DNA of 64,000 nt from NCBI GenBank assembly GCA_902520495.1, contig CABYNW010000004.1, forward strand, positions 40,995 through 104,994, in the 5' to 3' direction. The notes under the pieces were generated by a model. It worked only from the letters and a program-made list of their open reading frames with translations, had not been told where the DNA came from and did no database searches. The first letter of the stretch is position 1. Each line of letters starts with the position of its first letter. This document shows positions 58,039 through 64,000 of this stretch, in pieces. A program made the translations under genes and the position numbers. The DNA comes from an uncultured SAR86 cluster bacterium (GTDB taxonomy: Bacteria; Pseudomonadota; Gammaproteobacteria; Magnimaribacterales; D2472).

Positions 58039-59260
58039 TATATAAAGCCTTTCTTTTTTTGATATTAGACATAACAACCATATGATCAATTACTGGTGCT
58101 AATAGATTAGCAAATAATATTGCTAACATCATTCCCTCTGGAAATGCTGGATTAATAACACGAATTAATATAACAGTTATTCCAATCACAATTCCATATA
58201 TATATCTTCCTGTATTTGTTCCAGAACCAGAAACTGGCTCTGTAGCCATAAAAACAAGCCCAAATGCAAAACTTCCAATAACTGCATGCCAATACCAAGG
58301 AATTGCAAACATTGGATTTGTTTCAGAACCAATAATATTTAGTATCGAAGACATCACAATCATACCTACTAAAGTTCCAATAACTATTCTCCAAGATGCC
58401 ACTTTTGTAACTAAAAGAATTATTAGGCCAATTAAGATTGCAATAATCGAGGTTTCACCAACCGAACCAGGTATATTTCCAAAAAATGCATCCATCCAAG
58501 TATAAGAATTTGTAATTCCTGACATACCATTTTCTGCTGCCACTCCTAGAGCCGTTGCACCACTGTATCCTTCAGGAATTATATTGTAATCAGAAATACC
58601 TGCTACCCAGACCTTATCACCTGAAATTTGAGCTGGATATGCAAAATATAGAAATGCCCTACCAGTTAGAGCAGGATTTAAAAAATTTTTACCAGTTCCA
58701 CCAAAAATCTCTTTACCAATAACCAAACCAAATGAGATACCCATTGCCGCTTGCCATAAAGGTATATCTGGTGGACAGCTTAATGAAAAAAGGACAGTCG
58801 AGACAAATGCACCTTCATTGATCTCATGTTTTCTGACTATTGCAAATAATGCCTCCCATGCAATACCAACAGTAAAAACAACAAAATAAATTGGTAAAAA
58901 ATAACATGCTCCAAACCATAACTTACTGAAGAAACTATTTGAATCGTACCCAACTATACTTACAAAATAATGATGCCAATCACCAGTATTTTGTTGATTT
59001 ATTGAATCAAGATATTCCAATGAATTGGCACCAAGATTATACATACCAAAAAACATTGCAGGAAAAGTCGCTAACCAAACAGTAACCATAACTTTTTGAA
59101 TATCTATCGCATCTCTTACATGAATTGGGTTTTGAGTTTTCTTTCCATAAGAGAAAAATAAATTTTCTATAGCATCAAATAATGGGAACCACTTAATATG
59201 TTTGCCATCACCGACAAAATTAGGTTTTATATTGTTAAGATAGTTTCTTAAAATTTTCAT
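58031..59260 (-). CDS. nqrB: Na+-translocating NADH:quinone reductase subunit B
   Basis: 409 aa, polytopic. FMN-attachment motif YSGATALG. Typical NqrB blocks. Confidence 0.95.
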   Translation of the reverse strand: MKILRNYLNNIKPNFVGDGKHIKWFPLFDAIENLFFSYGKKTQNPIHVRDAIDIQKVMVTVWLATFPAMFFGMYNLGANSLEYLDSINQQNTGDWHHYFVSIVGYDSNSFFSKLWFGACYFLPIYFVVFTVGIAWEALFAIVRKHEINEGAFVSTVLFSLSCPPDIPLWQAAMGISFGLVIGKEIFGGTGKNFLNPALTGRAFLYFAYPAQISGDKVWVAGISDYNIIPEGYSGATALGVAAENGMSGITNSYTWMDAFFGNIPGSVGETSIIAILIGLIILLVTKVASWRIVIGTLVGMIVMSSILNIIGSETNPMFAIPWYWHAVIGSFAFGLVFMATEPVSGSGTNTGRYIYGIVIGITVILIRVINPAFPEGMMLAILFANLLAPVIDHMVVMSNIKKRKALYNE

Positions 59261-60579
59261 GATTCTAAATAAAGATTATTAAGATTATCCATAAGTATTG
59301 AGGCATAATCGTATTTACTTGGGCATACGTAAGAACATAAAGCTAAATCCTCAGGCACCAGTTCTAACATACCCAAGTCAATAGCCATTTCTATATCGCC
59401 TACTACTAGAGCTTTTAATAATTGGGTAACCAATATATTCATTGGTATGACTTCTTCATAAGAGGATATTGGTACTATTGCTCTATCACCTCCTCCAATA
59501 GATGTATTAAATATAAAATTTTTAGGTTTGATAAAGGAAGATATAAAAACATTTAATTTTGAATGTAGATTAGAACCCGGCAATAACCAGTTCATAAAAA
59601 ATTCATTCACTTCATCAGGTAAACAAGAAATTTGTGAATCATAAAAACCCAAATAACTCATTACACCTTCTGAAGTATGACCATGAAGAACTGATCCAGA
59701 TATCAATCTACAGTTTTCCTTAATTTTTCCAGCTGAAATTTCATCAATATTTCCACAAATCCTTACATTTAAAAGAGATGGCTCAAAAACTGATGGACCC
59801 CCGAAACTAATAATTTTATGTGTTCTTATTTTTTGATTTATTTTTAAATAACCGATTGCCATAACATCTTGATAATTAATACTCCAAACACTGTAATTTA
59901 AATTAACAGGATGAATTTTTGAAATATGTGTACCGGTCAAACCAGCTGGATGAGGACCTTTGAATTGATGATATTGAATCTGCTTATTTGATAAATCAAA
60001 ATTATCATTTTGATAACAAAGATGAATATTGCAATCAAATAATGATGAAAGTATATCTAAACCTTCATCAAATAAATCTTTATCTTGATTAATAATATTA
60101 TATGGATCAGCAGATAAGGGATTAGTATCACAACAATTTATAAATAATGCTTTAGGAGATGAATCAATAGAAGGAGTTCTATTGAATGGTCGCGTTCTAA
60201 ATGCATTCCAAGTACCAGAATTAATTAAGGATTGTCTAATTTCATTGGGCGTATGTTCATGAGATAAATCAAAATATTCAAAATCTTCATTGTCAGATAT
60301 CTCAATTTCAACAGATAGAAATTTTCGTTTATCACCACGATTTATAGATTTAACTTCGCCGCCTGCTGGAGACGTATAAAAAATTCCAGGATTTTTCTTA
60401 TCTTCAAATATTTTCTGTCCAGCCTTAACCTTTTCACCTACTCTTACCATCATAGTAGGCTTCATGCCAACAAAATCATTACCTAATAATGAAACTGAAG
60501 AACATTTTGGTTCATCTGTTATATTTAGACTAGGCGTGCCTGATATTGGTAAATCAAGACCTTTGGATATTTTAATCAC
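59257..60579 (-). CDS. nqrA: Na+-translocating NADH:quinone reductase subunit A
   Basis: 440 aa. N-terminus MIKISKGLDLPISG is typical of NqrA. First gene of the nqr operon. Confidence 0.95.
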   Translation of the reverse strand: MIKISKGLDLPISGTPSLNITDEPKCSSVSLLGNDFVGMKPTMMVRVGEKVKAGQKIFEDKKNPGIFYTSPAGGEVKSINRGDKRKFLSVEIEISDNEDFEYFDLSHEHTPNEIRQSLINSGTWNAFRTRPFNRTPSIDSSPKALFINCCDTNPLSADPYNIINQDKDLFDEGLDILSSLFDCNIHLCYQNDNFDLSNKQIQYHQFKGPHPAGLTGTHISKIHPVNLNYSVWSINYQDVMAIGYLKINQKIRTHKIISFGGPSVFEPSLLNVRICGNIDEISAGKIKENCRLISGSVLHGHTSEGVMSYLGFYDSQISCLPDEVNEFFMNWLLPGSNLHSKLNVFISSFIKPKNFIFNTSIGGGDRAIVPISSYEEVIPMNILVTQLLKALVVGDIEMAIDLGMLELVPEDLALCSYVCPSKYDYASILMDNLNNLYLES

Positions 60580-60664
60580 TATATGTGTGCCTTTGTAAAG
60601 TTGATAAATAAACTATTAAAAACAATAGAATTATAAAACTAAAGTAGGTTTGATTCTATATTTT

Positions 60665-62167
60665 TTAGGCAATTGGTAGTGGTAATCTGGGTAGACTAAT
60701 TTTAGCAACTTTCTTTGCTAGTCCTATCACCTGCTTAGTATAACCGTATTCATTATCATACCAACAATAAAGAGTTACTCTATTGCCACTAGCAATTGTT
60801 GCTTGTGAATCAACTATTGATGCAAAAGGACTGGAATAGAAATCTGTTGAAACAACCTCAGGTGAATTAACATAGCCTATTATCTCTCTATATTTTGAAT
60901 GGAAGGCTACAGATCGAAGATATGTATTAATCTTTTCAACTGAAACCTCGGTCCCTAATGCTAAAGATAGAATAGCCAAACTAACGTTTGGTGTTGGTAC
61001 TCTAATAGCATTACCTGTTAATTTACCCTCAAGTTCAGGCAAAGCTTTTGAAACAGCTTTAACAGCACCAGTAGTTGTAATGACCATATTTAATGGTGCG
61101 CCTCTACCCCGTCTATCACCTTTATGAAAATTGTCTATCAAATTCTGATCATTCGTATAAGCATGAACTGTTTCAATATGACCGCCTTTAATAGAATATT
61201 CATCATTTATTGATTTTAATATTGGAACTATTGCATTTGTAGTGCATGATGCAGCAGATAATATTTGATCATCATCTTCTAAAATTTCATCATTTATACC
61301 ATATACAATATTCTTAAGATTACCTTTAGCTGGAGCAGTTAATATAACCTTAGATGCTCCTGAATCTATGTGTTTTGACAAATTCTCTTCATCTCTCCAA
61401 ACACCAGTATTATCAATAACTAATGGGTTTGAGATATTGTAATTAGAATAATTAACCTCTTCTGGATTATTAGCATAAATAACTTTGACCGGATTGCCAT
61501 TTATAACAAGTGTGGAATTCTCTTCATCAACTCTTACTGTGCCATCGAAAGATCCGTGAACGGAATCTCTAAGCAATAAACTTGCTCTTTTATATATATC
61601 ATCTTCAGATGATTTTCTTATAACAATACCTTTTAATCTAAAGTAATTACCAGGACCTGTCGTTTGTGTCATCATTCTTGCTACAAGCCTTCCAATCCTA
61701 CCAAAGCCATATAAAACAATATTGTTAGGTTCATCAGGTCTATTAGATTGTTTATTGATTACTGATGAGAGTTCATTATTTATGTAATCGGCTATTTTTG
61801 AATCATCATTTTTAATATCATTGAAAAATGGGCACTTAACTGCTATTTCCCCCACATCAATCTCACAATCTGAAAGATTTAAAGTGGTTATATATTTAAT
61901 AATTGGGTATGTCTCTAGTTCTGAAAGTTCATTATTATCAGACTGTCTTGCAAATCTATGAGCTTTCATTATTGAAACTGGTGACTCATTAACCAATGAT
62001 TTACCATAAATCATTATATTAATTCCATTTCGATAAAGAGAACCAATAAACGGAACCATCGATTCAGCTAAAGCCTCTCTCCATTTCCAATCACCAAAAG
62101 AATCTTCAGGCAATATTCTTTTCTGTCTCTCTGTAGATTGAAAGTTTATGTCCCTATTATTATTCAT
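60665..62167 (-). CDS. glyceraldehyde-3-phosphate dehydrogenase family protein with ~145-aa N-terminal extension
   Basis: 500 aa. NAD-binding VLYGFGRIGR starts near residue 150. Catalytic block SAASCTTNAIVP and C-terminal WYDNEYGY. Resembles the long Gap-2-type GAPDH of pseudomonads (from memory). Confidence 0.8.
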   Translation of the reverse strand: MNNNRDINFQSTERQKRILPEDSFGDWKWREALAESMVPFIGSLYRNGINIMIYGKSLVNESPVSIMKAHRFARQSDNNELSELETYPIIKYITTLNLSDCEIDVGEIAVKCPFFNDIKNDDSKIADYINNELSSVINKQSNRPDEPNNIVLYGFGRIGRLVARMMTQTTGPGNYFRLKGIVIRKSSEDDIYKRASLLLRDSVHGSFDGTVRVDEENSTLVINGNPVKVIYANNPEEVNYSNYNISNPLVIDNTGVWRDEENLSKHIDSGASKVILTAPAKGNLKNIVYGINDEILEDDDQILSAASCTTNAIVPILKSINDEYSIKGGHIETVHAYTNDQNLIDNFHKGDRRGRGAPLNMVITTTGAVKAVSKALPELEGKLTGNAIRVPTPNVSLAILSLALGTEVSVEKINTYLRSVAFHSKYREIIGYVNSPEVVSTDFYSSPFASIVDSQATIASGNRVTLYCWYDNEYGYTKQVIGLAKKVAKISLPRLPLPIA

Positions 62168-62207
62168 AAACTAATTATAATTGTTTTATCAATATCCCCA
62201 AATAAAA

Positions 62208-63302
62208 TTAGTTTCCTATTTGATTTAAATGAAAGTCTGCATTTCCAAAAAGAGCATCTATTGAAACCATTTTTTTCAAATAGTGACCTATCATCATCTC
62301 CTCACTAACACCCATTCCACCATGAAGTTGAACAGCCTCTTTAGCTGAGAGTTTTCCAGATGTCCCAATATAGGACTTTAATGCAGAAACATGTTTATAC
62401 ATCGAATCAGATCTATTGTTGACCTCAAGCATTGCTCTAATTAAAAGCGATTTAGCTAATTCTGATTCTATATACATATCAACCATTCTGTGTTGAAGAA
62501 CCTGGAAGGATGATATTGGTTGTCCAAATTGCTCTCTGTTTTTTGTATATTCTAATGTTTTAAGGTAACAGGACTCCATGCACCCAACTGCTTCTGCACT
62601 GACACATAATGTTGCTAAATTTATAGTTTCATTCATAAGAGTAACCGCTTGATCACCAGATCCTATGAAGTTTGATTTATCTAATTGAACATTTTCAAAT
62701 GATATTTCAGAACATGATTGACCATCGACTGTTGAAAAAGAATTAATTGAGACTCCTTCAGTATTTGAATCTAGTATCACAAGGTTAAATATATTATCTT
62801 TGATGCACGTAACGATTAACTTTTCTGAGTTTGATCCATTTAAAACCAAAGTCTTTGTGCCATTAAGAATATTTTTAGAATCAAGAGTTGAAATTGGATT
62901 TAAATAATCATAGTTTTTACCAGCCTCTGCATAGGCTAAAGAAATATGAAAATCACCAGAACAAATTTTTTCTATTAAATCATCTTTTTCTGAAAATGTA
63001 GACCTATCAAGCAATGTTCCTGAAAGAACAATAGTTGAAAGATATGGTTCTATTACAAGAGACTTACCAAACTCTTCAAATAATATAGATAGTTCTATTG
63101 GACCAAAACCAAATCCACCAGATTGTTCCGAAAAAGGCATTGATAACCAACCTTGTTCTGCAAATAGCTTCCATACATTTTGATCAAAGTCATTATCAGA
63201 TTTAACTATATCTTCTCTTTTATAAAAATCATATTCAGATTCACAAAATTTCTGAATCTGTTCACGAAGCATTATTTGCTCTTCGTTATAATTAAGATTC
63301 AT
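62208..63302 (-). CDS. acyl-CoA dehydrogenase family protein
   Basis: 364 aa. ACAD N-terminal, middle and C-terminal organisation (QLHGGMGVSEE). The usual MCAD-type catalytic Glu position reads LFGNADF. Confidence 0.8.
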   Translation of the reverse strand: MNLNYNEEQIMLREQIQKFCESEYDFYKREDIVKSDNDFDQNVWKLFAEQGWLSMPFSEQSGGFGFGPIELSILFEEFGKSLVIEPYLSTIVLSGTLLDRSTFSEKDDLIEKICSGDFHISLAYAEAGKNYDYLNPISTLDSKNILNGTKTLVLNGSNSEKLIVTCIKDNIFNLVILDSNTEGVSINSFSTVDGQSCSEISFENVQLDKSNFIGSGDQAVTLMNETINLATLCVSAEAVGCMESCYLKTLEYTKNREQFGQPISSFQVLQHRMVDMYIESELAKSLLIRAMLEVNNRSDSMYKHVSALKSYIGTSGKLSAKEAVQLHGGMGVSEEMMIGHYLKKMVSIDALFGNADFHLNQIGN

Positions 63303-63305
63303 TGT

Positions 63306-64000
63306 TTAAACACCTAAGACAAATTTAGAAAGTATATTTTTTTGTATTTCATTACTACCGCCATATATAGAGGTTTTCCTCATATTTAAAAATGCTGATA
63401 GTCCCTCAGCAGCATAATCTGGACCAGCTGGTTTGTAGTTATTTTCGTAACCATGTGGACCAGGATACATCAAAGCATACTCACCAGAGGCTTCAACAAA
63501 TAGCTCAGAAAGAGCTTGTTGCATTTCTGTTCCCTTTATTTTTAATATTGAAGATTCTGCTCCAGGATGACTGCCATTTTCTAAAGCAGATAACAATCTC
63601 AGCTCAGTAATTTCAATAGCTGATAAATCAATTTCAAGTTGATTTACCTTTCTTTGTAAATCATCATTATCTAATTGAGAAATGATATCTTTTAATCTAT
63701 TTAATGATCTCATTGAGGCACCCACACCTGCAATACCAAACCTTTCATGTGCTAAGAGAAATTTTGCGTATGTCCATCCCTTACCTTCTTCACCTATTAG
63801 ATTTTTCGCTGGAACTTTAACATCAGTAAAAAATACTGAGTTAACTTCATGATCGCCATCAATTGTGATAATGGGCTTAACCTCAATACCAGGAGATTTC
63901 ATATCAATTAATAAAAATGAAATGCCTTCTTGTTTAATGCCACTATTATCAGTTCTAACTAAACAAAAAATCCAATCAGCATTTTGAGCTAGTGTTGTCC
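63306..64000 (-). CDS. acyl-CoA dehydrogenase family protein (5' end beyond window)
   Basis: The frame stays open upstream of the track's ATG (63902) to the window edge: TTLAQNADWIFCLVRTDNSGIKQEGISFLLIDMKSPGIEVKPI. C-terminus IYGGSNEIQKNIL. An IVD-type candidate base is in LLAHERFGIAG. Confidence 0.85.
   Translation of the reverse strand, partial: TTLAQNADWIFCLVRTDNSGIKQEGISFLLIDMKSPGIEVKPIITIDGDHEVNSVFFTDVKVPAKNLIGEEGKGWTYAKFLLAHERFGIAGVGASMRSLNRLKDIISQLDNDDLQRKVNQLEIDLSAIEITELRLLSALENGSHPGAESSILKIKGTEMQQALSELFVEASGEYALMYPGPHGYENNYKPAGPDYAAEGLSAFLNMRKTSIYGGSNEIQKNILSKFVLGV

Noticed and set aside
60580-60664. Small hairpin CTATT-GTTTTT-AATAG (minus strand) between gap and nqrA, considered as a terminator or attenuator.
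   Set aside because: The stem is 5 bp and AT-only, which is indistinguishable from background in this composition.
1-64000. A search for mobile elements, CRISPR arrays, tRNA/rRNA genes, defence-system genes and prophage remnants.
   Set aside because: I saw no transposase, integrase or Cas-like ORFs, no spaced direct repeats and no GC-rich tRNA-like blocks in any non-coding gap. By-eye scanning cannot exclude short repeats inside coding regions.

Overview
This is a very AT-rich window (roughly 30-33% GC by eye) that is almost entirely coding. I count about 64 protein genes. I saw no rRNA, tRNA, CRISPR array, transposase, integrase or phage genes. The few non-coding gaps are short, 24 to 177 nt.

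Gene content and local synteny look gammaproteobacterial and Pseudomonadales-like. Examples are lol-exbBD-(msbA)lpxK-kdsB-murB, icd-clpS-clpA/infA, mnmA-purB, aceA, nqrABCDEF-apbE-nqrM, a long-form gap gene, and etfBA next to ETF-QO. The degree of streamlining suggests a marine oligotroph of the SAR86 type. That taxonomic guess is inference only.

I found three genes missing from the ORF track by manual translation:
- A 3'-truncated DUF349 gene with a GTG start at 1..1205 (-).
- A 42-aa DUF2256 zinc-ribbon ORF at 15243..15371 (+).
- A 58-aa NqrM maturation-factor gene at 53585..53761 (-). This explains a conspicuously GC-rich stretch that looked intergenic.

Several track ORFs have spurious 5' extensions, and I re-called those starts (hemH, kdsB, DUF885, mnmA, nqrF, nqrC).

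The most unusual items are:
1. A single 919-aa ORF that fuses the lipid A flippase MsbA to the lipid A 4'-kinase LpxK.
2. An orphan ExbB/ExbD motor pair, translationally coupled between lolD and msbA::lpxK inside an outer-membrane-biogenesis gene string.
3. A tightly overlapping 8-gene minus-strand operon: DUF1330, anchored MBL hydrolase, 4-TM protein, kappa-GST/HCCA-isomerase-like, haloalkane-dehalogenase-like, and three GST-type proteins. It faces a divergent 4-gene unit of unclear pathway.
4. A cluster of exported peptidases (S10, M14, M64-like) and orphan secreted proteins. One of these is a 446-aa orphan sitting 3 nt downstream of infA.
5. Convergent gene pairs that overlap or abut at 7 of 8 junctions, which leaves no room for terminators.

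None of the candidate 'systems' can be proven novel from sequence alone. Each needs database and synteny checks.
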